Positions 20,770-30,496 of a stretch of 32,737 bases of DNA are shown here, piece by piece. A program made the position numbers and the translations under genes. Positions within the stretch are counted from its first letter, which is position 1. Each line of letters opens with the position of its first letter. Origin of the DNA: Candidatus Cloacimonas sp. 4484_275 (GTDB lineage Bacteria > Cloacimonadota > Cloacimonadia > Cloacimonadales > TCS61); the NCBI GenBank assembly GCA_002085205.1, contig NATF01000012.1, forward strand, positions 1 to 32,737, in the 5' to 3' direction. The notes beneath the pieces were generated by a model. It did no database searches and was not told where the DNA came from. It saw nothing but the letters and a program-made list of their open reading frames with translations.

Positions 20770-22116
20770 ATGGATAATTATTACGAAAATTTGTGGGAAA
20801 AAATTCTTTACACATTGCGACAAAATATCAGCGAGCAGGGATACAATACTTGGTTTAACGAAACAAAACTATTGGAACAAAAAAATGATGCTTTACTAGT
20901 AAAAGTGCCGACTCAATTTATTGCGGATTACCTGAATAAAAACTATCGAGAAATGGTTTCGGAAATTTGTTTCAGCTTATTCCAAAAAAAATATGAAATC
21001 ATATTTACAGGCTCGCATCCGCATAAAAACTACGGACAATTGAAAACAACGAAGGAAGACGAAAAAAAAGAATATTATTATCCGAATCAATTAAATCCGA
21101 ACTATAATTTTAATGAATTTGTAATTGGAAAAAACAATAGATTTGCTCATTCCGCTTCGCTCGCAGTTGCAGAATCTCCGGGAATGACCTATAATCCTTT
21201 GTTTATTTACGGCGAATCCGGTATGGGAAAAACCCATTTGATGCAGGCAATCGGAAATTATGTGCTTCAAGAACACAACAATAAAAACATTTTCTACATA
21301 ACCACCGAAGAATTTACCAACGAAATGATTAATGCTATTCGTAACAACACGATGCCGAATTTCCGTAGTAAATTCAGAAATTTTGACCTTCTTCTGATTG
21401 ACGATATTCATTTTCTCTCTAAAAAAGAGGGTACTCAGGAAGAATTTTTTCACACTTTTAATGCTCTTTACGAAAAGAAAAAACAAATCGTTCTCACAAG
21501 TGACCGCCCTCCCAAAGATATTCCCGATCTGGAAAAAAGATTGGTCACCCGATTTGAATGGGGACTTCTTGCAGACTTAAAATCTCCCGATTTTGAAACA
21601 AGAGTCGCCATTCTTAAGAAAAAGGCTGAGTTTGAAAATATTCATCTTCAGGACGATGTTTTTGATTTTATAGCGGAAAACATTTACAGTAATGTTAGAG
21701 CGTTGGAAGGTTCTCTTATCAGAATTCTCGCCTACGCTTCTTACAATAATCTGGATCCCGAAGACATTACCGTAAATATCGCCGCCGAAATCCTTACGGA
21801 TATGATTTCGGATAAAATCGTGGAAGTAAATCTGGAAACCATAACCTCAAAAGTATGCGAATTTTATGATATTACAAAAACTCAAATATTCGATAAAACC
21901 AGAAAAAAAAATATCGTATTTCCGAGACAAATTGCCATGTACCTTTCCAACCTACTAATTCCTCAACTTTCTTTAAAAGAAATAGCCCAATATTACAAAA
22001 GAAAAGATCATACAACGGTTCTCCACGCCAAAAGAACAATCGAAGAACTTTTTAAAACCGACCGGAATTTAAGAATTCAGATCGAAAAAATAATCAAAGA
22101 AATAAAAAACAGATAA
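20770..22116 (+). CDS. dnaA: Chromosomal replication initiator DnaA
   Basis: Walker A GESGMGKTHLMQAIGN, Walker B LLLIDDIHFL, C-terminal DNA-binding helix KDHTTVLHA. The ATG at 20770 is preceded by aggtgg. The track start at 20761 is GTG. Confidence 0.97.
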   Translation: MDNYYENLWEKILYTLRQNISEQGYNTWFNETKLLEQKNDALLVKVPTQFIADYLNKNYREMVSEICFSLFQKKYEIIFTGSHPHKNYGQLKTTKEDEKKEYYYPNQLNPNYNFNEFVIGKNNRFAHSASLAVAESPGMTYNPLFIYGESGMGKTHLMQAIGNYVLQEHNNKNIFYITTEEFTNEMINAIRNNTMPNFRSKFRNFDLLLIDDIHFLSKKEGTQEEFFHTFNALYEKKKQIVLTSDRPPKDIPDLEKRLVTRFEWGLLADLKSPDFETRVAILKKKAEFENIHLQDDVFDFIAENIYSNVRALEGSLIRILAYASYNNLDPEDITVNIAAEILTDMISDKIVEVNLETITSKVCEFYDITKTQIFDKTRKKNIVFPRQIAMYLSNLLIPQLSLKEIAQYYKRKDHTTVLHAKRTIEELFKTDRNLRIQIEKIIKEIKNR

Positions 22117-22134
22117 ATTGATGCCAAACATAAC

Positions 22135-22256
22135 TTATCCACTTATCCACATTTCATTATGTTAATTTATGTAGATAACTTTCGTTATTTTCAAAAAAAT
22201 TTAATCTTGGTGGATAACAAACAATCAAAAGAAAAATTTTCCACAGTTTATCCACA
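22135..22256. promoter_or_regulatory. DnaA-box cluster downstream of dnaA
   Basis: TTATCCACT at 22135-22143. TTATCCACA at 22143-22151 (perfect). tgtagataa at 22170-22178 (minus-strand TTATCTACA). ggtggataa at 22209-22217 (minus-strand TTATCCACC). TTTTCCACA at 22237-22245. TTATCCACA at 22248-22256 (perfect). Confidence 0.8.
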
Positions 22257-22383
22257 TGAAACAATCTACCTAAAATGCCTAAAATTAAACAAACTAAAGA
22301 TGTTTTTTTCGGTTATCCAGTAATTCACATTGACTATAAATACTACTATTTTTTTTTAACTTCTTAATAAAAGGAGTATAAGA

Positions 22384-23339
22384 ATGAATAAAAAAATCTT
22401 TTCGGAAAAGCTGATTGTTTTCTTGATTTTTGTTTTTATTTTGGCAGGATGCACAAAGAAGAAAAATACAGTTGGAATTCCGAATGAAAATATACAACCG
22501 CAAGAAATTGTTTTAAATAGCACTTTTATTGAAGATTGTTTTAGTTTTGAAGACAGCTGCAGAAATTATAATGAAAATACTAATTTGATTTTTGGTTCGT
22601 TTCATGGAACTCAAACTTATTCGCTTCTCCGTTTTGCAAATTTTCCCGATTCCGTAGTATCTTTTTCGGGAAACGCGAACCTAAAATTATATCTGAAAGA
22701 TAAAGTTAATTCTGAAAATATAGCATTGCAAATAGGAAAAATAGAAGAAAATTGGTTGGAAGACAAAGCAACTTGGTTTACTGCCACCGATTCCACAGAT
22801 TGGACTTCTCCGGGAGATTTCTTTTCCGAAATTATACCCGAAGAATGGAATATTACCGAAGATACTCTTTCTATTTCATTTTCCTGTGAATCAATAGAAG
22901 ATTGGATTAATTCCGATTCAACAAATTTCGGTTTGGTTCTGTTTTCTTCGGCGGACAGCAGTTTTTTGGAAATCAATTCTTCCGAAACCGATAAAGCTCC
23001 GCTTCTCACTTTTGATTATTTTACGGTTCAAGAAGATACGATGAAAACATATTCCGCCGCTCCGGTCTCCGATACTTTCATATTTTCATCGGATAACGAT
23101 TATGCAAAATTTGAAAAAGTGATAGTTTGAATACGGATGAATTTGTTGTCGATGTAACCGCAATAGTTCAAAAAATAACAAGCGGAGATTATGAAAATCA
23201 CGGTTTTTTGTTAAAGTCGATTTTTGAGAACAAAGATTATTCTTATGTGGAATTTGCTTCAAAAAATTATCAGGAAGAAGCTTTACGACCGTTTCTGAGG
23301 ATTATTTATACTCCGCCGTTTCTTGATGAGCGAGAATAA
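22384..23339 (+). pseudogene. Lipoprotein with a beta-sandwich 'DNRLRE'-type/CBM-like domain (tentative), split by a frameshift near 23113-23130
   Basis: Lipobox FILAGC. YSLLRFANFP...NANLKLYLKD...IEENWLEDKATW in ORF 22384-23130. EFVVDVTAIVQKITSGDYENHGFLLKS...VEFASKNYQEEALRPFLRIIY in ORF 23127-23339. The second frame is open only from ~23113, and the junction sits at a gaaaaag run. Confidence 0.4.
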
Positions 23340-23341
23340 AT

Positions 23342-24136
23342 ATGAAACAAATTTTAATAATTATCGGTTCTGTTTTGCTTCTTACATCTTGCGCCAAAAA
23401 GAAAGACGATATTATTGCCCAGGTAAACAATGATACTTTGACGCTTTCCGAATTAAAAGCAAATTTTACCGATAGTGAATGGAACAATTTAAGTTCAGAG
23501 AAGAAAAAAGAATTTGTTCAACAATGGATTAAATTGTCATTGTTGTCTCAGGAAGCCGACAGGTTGAAAATTACCGAGAAAGAAGCCGTAAAGCAAAAAA
23601 TGGAATCGGCGATAAAAAAGATAAAAGCGAATGCTTTGATTGCCTCGAAATTTTCGGAAATAACCGTTTCCGAAAATGAATTGTTCGATTATTATAAATT
23701 ACACGAAAGCAGTTTTAGAAAAAAAATAAAAGAATACAAAATTCAAAGAATTTTCATAAAAGAAAGAGCGAAAGTTGATTCGGTTTTGAATGAGTTAAAA
23801 CACGGTTTAAAATTTACCGAAGCGGCAAAAAAATATTCGGAAGAAAAGATAGGTAAAAATGGCGGTTACGCCGGATTTTTTACTTTGAAACAGTTAGGAA
23901 ACAAAGTCGGCGAAAAAATTTCCAATCTCAAAAAATGGCAATATACAACGGTTAAAATCGATAAAGGATTTTTTATTATAAGGTATTACGATACCAGAAT
24001 TAAGACATTGGAAAAAACATTTTCCGAAGTTAAGGAAGAAATAAGAAAAATAGTTTTGGAAAATAAAAAAGAGGAAACTTATCGGCAAATGATAGAAGAA
24101 TTAAAAAATAAAGCCGAAATATCGGTTTCCATTTAG
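23342..24136 (+). CDS. Parvulin-type peptidyl-prolyl isomerase lipoprotein (PrsA/PpiC-like)
   Basis: Lipobox LLLTSC. Parvulin core IQRIFIKERAKVDSVLNELKHGLKFTEAAKKYSEEKIGKNGGYAGFF. Confidence 0.75.
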   Translation: MKQILIIIGSVLLLTSCAKKKDDIIAQVNNDTLTLSELKANFTDSEWNNLSSEKKKEFVQQWIKLSLLSQEADRLKITEKEAVKQKMESAIKKIKANALIASKFSEITVSENELFDYYKLHESSFRKKIKEYKIQRIFIKERAKVDSVLNELKHGLKFTEAAKKYSEEKIGKNGGYAGFFTLKQLGNKVGEKISNLKKWQYTTVKIDKGFFIIRYYDTRIKTLEKTFSEVKEEIRKIVLENKKEETYRQMIEELKNKAEISVSI

Positions 24137-24151
24137 AGGAAAACAGAAAAA

Positions 24152-25417
24152 ATGAAAAAGAATGTGATTTTAATTTTGATGTTGGTTTCATTATCTTCCG
24201 TTTTTGCGACTGTGGTGGATAAAATTGTGGCAAAAGTCGGACGGGAAATAATTTTAAAAAGTGAACTGGAACAAAGAAAACAGGAATTGGAAGCAGCCGG
24301 ATTATTACAGGGAAACGAATCCGATTATGATATTTTAAACAATATGGTAGAACAAAAACTCGTTCTTATGAAAGCCAAAGAAGAAGGTTTCAGTGTCGAT
24401 GAAAGTGAGCTGAAATCTCTTGCCGAACAGCAAATACAGCAAATTGCTTCCCAATTTAAATCTCAACAGGAATTTCAAAATTATTTGAGAAAAGAAGCCG
24501 GTTTATCGGTGTTGGAACTGAAAGAATTTTATATCAAACAACTGCGTGAGGAAAAACTTAAAAGCGATATAATTCAAACCGAGATAAAAAACAAAATACA
24601 CATCACGGAAGCGGAAGTTCAGGATTATTATAATGAACACAAAGATGAAATTCCATTGCGTCCGGAAATGGACGAAATCGGGATGATAATGAGAACAATT
24701 CGACCGAGTGAAGAAACCCGCAAAAAAGCGCTCGTGAAAATAAACAAAATTAAAGATATGTTGAACGAAGGAGAAGATTTTTCCGAGCTTGCTGAGAAGT
24801 ACAGCGATTGCCCGAGTGCGAAAAACGGGGGAGACCTTGGTTTCGTGGAAAAAGGAACTCTTGTTAAACCGTTTGAAGAAGCCGCTTTTTCCTTAATTCC
24901 CGGAGAAGTAAGTGAAGTGGTGGAGACTAAATTCGGATTTCATTTGATCAAATTGGAAGAAAAAAAAGGAAATGAAATCCATGTGAGACACATTCTTATT
25001 AAAGTGGAACCTTCTGAAAAAGATATAGAAGCGGAAACGAAATTGATGGAAAACATTTTGGAAAAATTAAGAAGCGGGGAAGATTTTTATGAATTGGCGC
25101 GAACATATTCCGAAGATGATTCCAGCGCCGTACGCGGCGGCGTAATCGGAGAGTTTACCAAAGATAATTATCCCGAACTTTTTAAAGACTATTTGGTTAA
25201 TCTCGATTACGGTGAATATACGGATTTAATTAAGCAAGATAATATGTTGTATATTTTCGGAAAATTAAAAAAAATACCGGCTCGTCCTTACAAATACGAG
25301 GAAATTTACGAACGGTTGAGAGAGATGGTTATTTCCGAAAAAGAAAGCGAATTATATGAAAATTGGATAAAAGAATTACTGAAAGAAAATTATGTGGAAA
25401 TACTTCTTGATGAGTAG
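24152..25417 (+). CDS. surA: Periplasmic chaperone/PPIase SurA-like with two parvulin domains
   Basis: Signal peptide, then SurA N-terminal domain (VDKIVAKVGREIILKSELEQ). Two parvulin domains (GEDFSELAEKYSDCPSAKNGGDLGFVEKG...FGFHLIK and GEDFYELARTYSEDDSSAVRGGVIGEF). Confidence 0.75.
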   Translation: MKKNVILILMLVSLSSVFATVVDKIVAKVGREIILKSELEQRKQELEAAGLLQGNESDYDILNNMVEQKLVLMKAKEEGFSVDESELKSLAEQQIQQIASQFKSQQEFQNYLRKEAGLSVLELKEFYIKQLREEKLKSDIIQTEIKNKIHITEAEVQDYYNEHKDEIPLRPEMDEIGMIMRTIRPSEETRKKALVKINKIKDMLNEGEDFSELAEKYSDCPSAKNGGDLGFVEKGTLVKPFEEAAFSLIPGEVSEVVETKFGFHLIKLEEKKGNEIHVRHILIKVEPSEKDIEAETKLMENILEKLRSGEDFYELARTYSEDDSSAVRGGVIGEFTKDNYPELFKDYLVNLDYGEYTDLIKQDNMLYIFGKLKKIPARPYKYEEIYERLREMVISEKESELYENWIKELLKENYVEILLDE

Positions 25418-25429
25418 GTTGTACATTTG

Positions 25430-25924
25430 ATGAAAAAATTATCTTTGATTGTATCAACTCTTTTCGGAACAGGTTATTTTCCGAAAGCGCCGGGAACGGC
25501 TGGAACAATTGTCGCCGCGCTTTTTTATTATTTTTTTCTGATGAAATTTATATCTTCTTTTGCTTCGGAGCTTATCTTCACCGCCATTTTAATTTTCAGC
25601 GGTATTATTTCCGTGATTTTCGTCTCCGAAGCGGAAAAAATTTTGGGACATGATAACGGGAAAATAGTTGTGGACGAATTTATCGGATTTTTATTTGCAT
25701 TGTTGTTTCTTCCGAAAACTTTGATGGTTATTATAATCGCTTTTATTCTTTTCAGGATTTTTGATATTTTCAAACCGGAGCCGGTTAATGTTTTGCAAAA
25801 ACTTTCCGGCGGTTGGGGAGTTTTGGCGGATGATGTGATGGCGGGAATATATGCAAATTTTTCTTTGCAAATATTAATTAGGATTTTCCCGAAATTTTTT
25901 ACTTTATTAAATGGGAATAGTTAA
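25430..25924 (+). CDS. pgpA: Phosphatidylglycerophosphatase A
   Basis: LFGTGYFPKAPGTAGTIVA, IVVDEFIGF, FRIFDIFKP and LADDVMAGIYA are the PgpA family signatures. Confidence 0.9.
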   Translation: MKKLSLIVSTLFGTGYFPKAPGTAGTIVAALFYYFFLMKFISSFASELIFTAILIFSGIISVIFVSEAEKILGHDNGKIVVDEFIGFLFALLFLPKTLMVIIIAFILFRIFDIFKPEPVNVLQKLSGGWGVLADDVMAGIYANFSLQILIRIFPKFFTLLNGNS

Positions 25925-25950
25925 AAAAATAAATTTAAAGAGGAGAGAAA

Positions 25951-26292
25951 ATGAATTATATTTTATTGCAAGCTCAGGCGGCAACGCCGCAACCGAATAT
26001 GCTCGGCTCGTTAATTCCGTTTTTGTTAATGTTTGTTATTTTATATGTGCTGATTATTTTGCCGCAAAGAAAAAAGCAAAAAGCTCATCAGCAGATGTTG
26101 GAGAGTATGAAAATTAACGATAGGGTGATTACCAGCGGCGGAATTTACGGAAAAATTGTTAATTTTAAGAAAGACAAAAATATTGTGGTGCTGCGAATTG
26201 ACGATACGACAAACACAAAAATAGAAATTCAACGAAGTGCCATAGCGGGAATTATCAATGAAGAAAAGAAAGGCGCAAATCCTACCGGTTAG
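25951..26292 (+). CDS. yajC: Preprotein translocase subunit YajC
   Basis: Single TM segment LIPFLLMFVILYVLIILPQRKKQK, then MLESMKINDRVITSGGIYGKIV. Confidence 0.9.
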   Translation: MNYILLQAQAATPQPNMLGSLIPFLLMFVILYVLIILPQRKKQKAHQQMLESMKINDRVITSGGIYGKIVNFKKDKNIVVLRIDDTTNTKIEIQRSAIAGIINEEKKGANPTG

Positions 26293-26848
26293 ATTGTACG
26301 GAGATAAAACTCTTCGTTTGAAAGCGAAAGAGGTTACCGAATTTGATGAAAATCTGCGTAATTTCGTTGCCGATCTAACTGCGACAATGTACGCCAAAGA
26401 CGGAGTCGGACTTGCCGCTCCCCAAGTGGGAATTTCTCTCAGAATTTTTGTTGTTGATCCGGATTGGTTCAAAGAAGGAGGAAAAAAAAATCCTCACGTC
26501 TTTATTAATCCGAAATTTAAGGAATTTGTCGGGTCGGCAACGAATGAAGAGGGATGTTTAAGTTTACCGGGAATTTTTGAAAAAGTGACGAGAGCGGAAA
26601 AAATAATCGTCGAAGCTTTTAATGAACACGGAAAAAAATTTTCGGTAGAAGCTGACGGCTTGTTCGGAAGAGCAATTCAGCATGAATACGACCATTTGGA
26701 CGGGATTCTTTTCATCGATAAAATTGCCAAATTAAGGAAAATATTTATTAAAAAGTTTCTAAAAGAAATTGAAAGCACGACCGACGAAAACGGTGTGAAT
26801 ATCGGCAAAATGTCTGAAGATGAAGAAATTTCCCGCATCGACAAATGA
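26258..26848 (+). CDS. def: Peptide deformylase
   Basis: Motifs GVGLAAPQVG, EGCLSLPG and HEYDHLDG. It overlaps the yajC 3' end by 35 nt. Confidence 0.95.
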   Translation: MKKRKAQILPVRLYGDKTLRLKAKEVTEFDENLRNFVADLTATMYAKDGVGLAAPQVGISLRIFVVDPDWFKEGGKKNPHVFINPKFKEFVGSATNEEGCLSLPGIFEKVTRAEKIIVEAFNEHGKKFSVEADGLFGRAIQHEYDHLDGILFIDKIAKLRKIFIKKFLKEIESTTDENGVNIGKMSEDEEISRIDK

Positions 26849-27816
26849 AATTACGGAATATTATTTTTTTAGGAACTCCCGAATTTGCGGTTCCTACTTT
26901 GGAAATTTTAGGAAAATCGGCGTTCAAGCCGGTTCTTACTATAACTCAACCGGATAAACCTGCCGGAAGAAAAAAACGACTGACTCCGCCTCCCGTAAAA
27001 TTAAAATCGTTAGAATTGCAAATACCGGTATTGCAGCCGGAAAACATAAACGATCCTGAAATTGTCGAGAAAATAGAAAAATTAAATCCAACTATTATCA
27101 TTACCGTGGCTTACGGAGGTTATCTGGGAAAAAGAATCAGACAAATTCCTCGTTTGGGATGTATTAATTTGCATCCGTCTTTACTTCCGAAATATCGCGG
27201 TTCCGCTCCGATTAACTACGCCATTTTTAACGGCGATAAAGAGACAGGAAACACGATTTTCAAAATAACTGCTAAAATGGATTCCGGTCCGATTCTTTTT
27301 CAAAGCAAAACCAAAATAGCTGAAAATGAATGCTATACTCAACTTTATCAACGACTGGCAAGCTTGGGAGCAAATGATGTTTTGAAGTTTTTGAGTTTGC
27401 TTGAACAAGGAGATATTGAAGATTTTAGAAAACTGGCTTCCTATCGAAAACAGAATGAAAAGGAAGCGACCTATTCCAAAAAGATAGAAAAAGAGGATTT
27501 GTTTCTTAAATGGAATCGTGATGCGGAAAGCATTCGCAATCGAGTGCGCGGTTTGGCTTTGAAACCGGCTGCGATTGCCGTTTTCAGAGGCAACAGAATA
27601 AAAATAATAGAAATTGAAATTTTACCGGAAAAAGCCGAAAAGACTCCCGGCGAAATTGTGGAAGTCAGAAAAAATGCGGGCATAATTGTTGCCGGCGCGG
27701 ATTTTAATATTCTGTTGAAGCGAGTTCAACCTGCGGGAAAAAAAATAATGGATTCCTTTGCTTTTTCTTTGGGAGCAAGGATTAAAATCGGAGAAAAATT
27801 TTCTGATGGATATTGA
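26845..27816 (+). CDS. fmt: Methionyl-tRNA formyltransferase
   Basis: IIFLGTPEFAVPTLE, INLHPSLLPKYRGSAPINYAI and the def-fmt arrangement. Confidence 0.95.
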   Translation: MKLRNIIFLGTPEFAVPTLEILGKSAFKPVLTITQPDKPAGRKKRLTPPPVKLKSLELQIPVLQPENINDPEIVEKIEKLNPTIIITVAYGGYLGKRIRQIPRLGCINLHPSLLPKYRGSAPINYAIFNGDKETGNTIFKITAKMDSGPILFQSKTKIAENECYTQLYQRLASLGANDVLKFLSLLEQGDIEDFRKLASYRKQNEKEATYSKKIEKEDLFLKWNRDAESIRNRVRGLALKPAAIAVFRGNRIKIIEIEILPEKAEKTPGEIVEVRKNAGIIVAGADFNILLKRVQPAGKKIMDSFAFSLGARIKIGEKFSDGY

Positions 27817-28567
27817 AATTAATACGAAAGGAAAAGAACTATTTCTTGCGTTGGCAACTTTGAGCTTGTTTCTTCTGATGATTATCACCACGCTTCTTTG
27901 GTGGTTTATTTCTCCGCGCCTTCATGAAATCAGCGAATTTTTGGCGGATATTTCTTTAACCGCTCTCCGTGTTTTTTATTTGATATTGGTTATCGGAACC
28001 ATTCTGATTTATCTCACTTGTTTTCTCGAGCGCAATTTTCTCGTAGCTCGTTTTGCCGTGAAACTATTTATCGTGGTAATTTTTCCGGTTACAATTCTGC
28101 TGGGAAAAATTTTCGGAATTTCCAAGGATAAAATCAGAGAATCCTATGTTTATGTAAATAACGCTTTTATAAAGGCGCTGAAGAAAAAATTCGATCCTTC
28201 GGAAGTTCTTATTTTGCTTCCGCATTGTTTGCAAAATACGGAATGCGGCATCAGAATAACGGTTGATATTTTCAAATGCGTTCGGTGCGGAAAATGTGAT
28301 ATCGGCGATTTGACAAAACTTGCCGTGGAACATGGAATTCCGATTGCCATTGCCACCGGCGGAACACTTGCCAGAAGAATCATCGTGGAACATCGCCCCA
28401 AATTCATTATCGCCGTTGCTTGCGAGCGCGATCTCGTGGATGGATTACACGATGTTTTTCCTATTCCCGTTTACGGAGTTCTGAATGAAAGACCGGAAGG
28501 ACCTTGCATTAACACAAGAGTTATGGTTGAAAAAATCAGACTCGCTTTGAAGATTATTTTGAAATGA
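27806..28567 (+). CDS. DUF116 family membrane protein with a Cys-rich motif
   Basis: N-terminal TM helices, then LLPHCLQNTECGIRITVDIFKCVRCGKCDIGDL...ATGGTLARRII...IIAVACERDLVDG, which is typical of DUF116. The start is taken at ATG 27806 (the track ORF begins at 27758, inside fmt). Confidence 0.7.
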   Translation: MDIEINTKGKELFLALATLSLFLLMIITTLLWWFISPRLHEISEFLADISLTALRVFYLILVIGTILIYLTCFLERNFLVARFAVKLFIVVIFPVTILLGKIFGISKDKIRESYVYVNNAFIKALKKKFDPSEVLILLPHCLQNTECGIRITVDIFKCVRCGKCDIGDLTKLAVEHGIPIAIATGGTLARRIIVEHRPKFIIAVACERDLVDGLHDVFPIPVYGVLNERPEGPCINTRVMVEKIRLALKIILK

Positions 28568-29628
28568 AAACAAAAAAATTTAAAAAGAAATTTAAGCGAA
28601 AAGATTTGCGTTTAAAAAACATCGTCATTGATGATCTCGAATCTTTTTCCGAAACTGAAATCGTGGAGGAAAAAAGAGCGGAAAAAAAGATTCTTGAAAA
28701 AGCGAAAACCAGCAAAAAATCAGGGTTGAAACTGAAAAAAGGAAGAATTTTGGAAGTGAAAACAAATTATCGCTGTTTGGTAGCTTTTGACGATTACGAA
28801 ATAGAATGTCCTCTCAGCGGCAGATTAAAACAGCTTAATTTGGAAACTCGTTCTCTTGTCGCCACCGGAGATTTTGTTATGGTGGATTTTTCCGAAGAAC
28901 CGCGTATTGAAGAAATTTTGCCCAGAAAAACAAAATTAACCAGATTTTCGGAAGCGGGTTTTCAAACGGAAGTAATTATTGCCGCAAATATTGATCAGGT
29001 AATCATTACTGTTTCCGTGGCAGAACCGCCGTTGAATTTGTCTTTGGTCGACAGGTATATCTGCGCCGCCGCTCTTGAAAACATTATTCCGATTATTTGT
29101 ATCAATAAAATCGATCTTGCCGATAGCTTGGAAGAAATCGAAAAACAAGTTGCTTTTTATAGTCGGTGCGGATACAAGGTTGTTCTTACTTCCGTTAAAA
29201 CAGAAAAAGGTTTGGACGAACTGAAAAAGGTTTTAAAAAATAAACAAAGTGTTTTTTCCGGTCATTCCGGAGTCGGGAAATCTTCTCTTATTAACAAACT
29301 GCAGCCGGGAATAAATCTGCGCACCGGCGAAATCAGTGAATTTAACAAAAAAGGAATTCATGTGACCACAAGCAGCAGATTGATTCCCTGGAAATTCGGC
29401 GGTTTTCTGGTTGACACGCCCGGCATTAAAACTTTTGGTTTACCGCGAAAGGAAAAGGATAAAATTCCCAGAATTTTTCCCGGATTTTCGGAATTGTCGG
29501 AAAATTGTAAATTTCAGAATTGTTCGCACACCCATGAAAACGAGTGTGCCGTAAAAGACGCTCTGGCAAGAAACGAATATCCGCAGGAAAGATATTTTTC
29601 TTATCTGAGAATATGGGAATCTTTATAA
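28564..29628 (+). CDS. rsgA: Ribosome small-subunit-dependent GTPase A (RsgA/YjeQ) with a Lys-rich N-terminal extension
   Basis: Circularly permuted GTPase: NIDQVIIT, CINKIDL, FSGHSGVGKSSLINKL, DTPGIK and the zinc knuckle CKFQNCSHTHENECAV. Confidence 0.92.
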   Translation: MKTKKFKKKFKRKDLRLKNIVIDDLESFSETEIVEEKRAEKKILEKAKTSKKSGLKLKKGRILEVKTNYRCLVAFDDYEIECPLSGRLKQLNLETRSLVATGDFVMVDFSEEPRIEEILPRKTKLTRFSEAGFQTEVIIAANIDQVIITVSVAEPPLNLSLVDRYICAAALENIIPIICINKIDLADSLEEIEKQVAFYSRCGYKVVLTSVKTEKGLDELKKVLKNKQSVFSGHSGVGKSSLINKLQPGINLRTGEISEFNKKGIHVTTSSRLIPWKFGGFLVDTPGIKTFGLPRKEKDKIPRIFPGFSELSENCKFQNCSHTHENECAVKDALARNEYPQERYFSYLRIWESL

Positions 29629-29641
29629 TTTTGAGGAAGAA

Positions 29642-30496
29642 ATGAAGAATTTCGGAATATTTTTCAATCCCAATTATCAAGATAAAAAAGCGATTTTTAA
29701 CCTTCTGAAGCAACTGTATGAAAACAAAAATTTACGGTTTTTCAAGTCGGAAGAACAAAGAGAAGTTTTACCGGATTTTATTCGTTGTCTAAAAAAAGAA
29801 AAGAAGGTAAAACTTGATTGTATCTTTGTCTTCGGCGGTGACGGCACAATTTTGAAAGCATTGAATTTCAGTTTGAAAACGAAAGCGCCGATACTCGGAA
29901 TTAATTTGGGAAAATTGGGATTTCTCTCGGAAAGTAGCCTGAAAGAATTGGAAAAATCGATTGATGATTTGAAGAAAAACAAATTCAAAGTTCAGGCTCG
30001 AATGTTATTAAAGGTAATTCTGAGAAGAAATAAAAAAGTAATTTTTTCATCTCTTGCCCTTAACGATGCCGTGATTTACAAAGGTGAAGCTCCGAAATTA
30101 ATCGATGTGAAAATAAGCAGTAATCGGCGCTTTGTCGTGGAAACGAGATGTGACGGTGTAATTGCCGCCACTCCCACCGGTTCTACGGCTTATTCTCTTT
30201 CCGCCGGCGGTCCCATTCTTTCGCCGATTATGGATGCAATTGTTGTGGCTCCTCTCAATCCTCATATTTTATCCGTGCGACCGATGGTCTTTTCCTCAGA
30301 CGATAATATCGGTTTCACCATAATGAATGCCGACCACAAAATACTTTTGCAATTGGACGGTCAAAATAGGTTTGAACTCCACAAAGGCGATAAAATATTG
30401 GTGACAGCCGCTTCCCAAAAGGTGGATTTTATCAAACTTTCCAATCGGACTTTTTATCAGATTCTTCGAAAAAAGCTTCATATGGGAAAAAAATGA
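29642..30496 (+). CDS. nadK: NAD+ kinase
   Basis: VFGGDGTILKA, GINLGKLGFL, NDAVI and ATPTGSTAYSLSAGGPIL. Confidence 0.93.
   Translation: MKNFGIFFNPNYQDKKAIFNLLKQLYENKNLRFFKSEEQREVLPDFIRCLKKEKKVKLDCIFVFGGDGTILKALNFSLKTKAPILGINLGKLGFLSESSLKELEKSIDDLKKNKFKVQARMLLKVILRRNKKVIFSSLALNDAVIYKGEAPKLIDVKISSNRRFVVETRCDGVIAATPTGSTAYSLSAGGPILSPIMDAIVVAPLNPHILSVRPMVFSSDDNIGFTIMNADHKILLQLDGQNRFELHKGDKILVTAASQKVDFIKLSNRTFYQILRKKLHMGKK

Noticed and set aside
22330-22383. Sigma70-type promoter for the lipoprotein gene (TTGACT at 22330-22335)
   Set aside because: No acceptable -10 hexamer lies 16-18 bp downstream, so the promoter cannot be supported from sequence alone.
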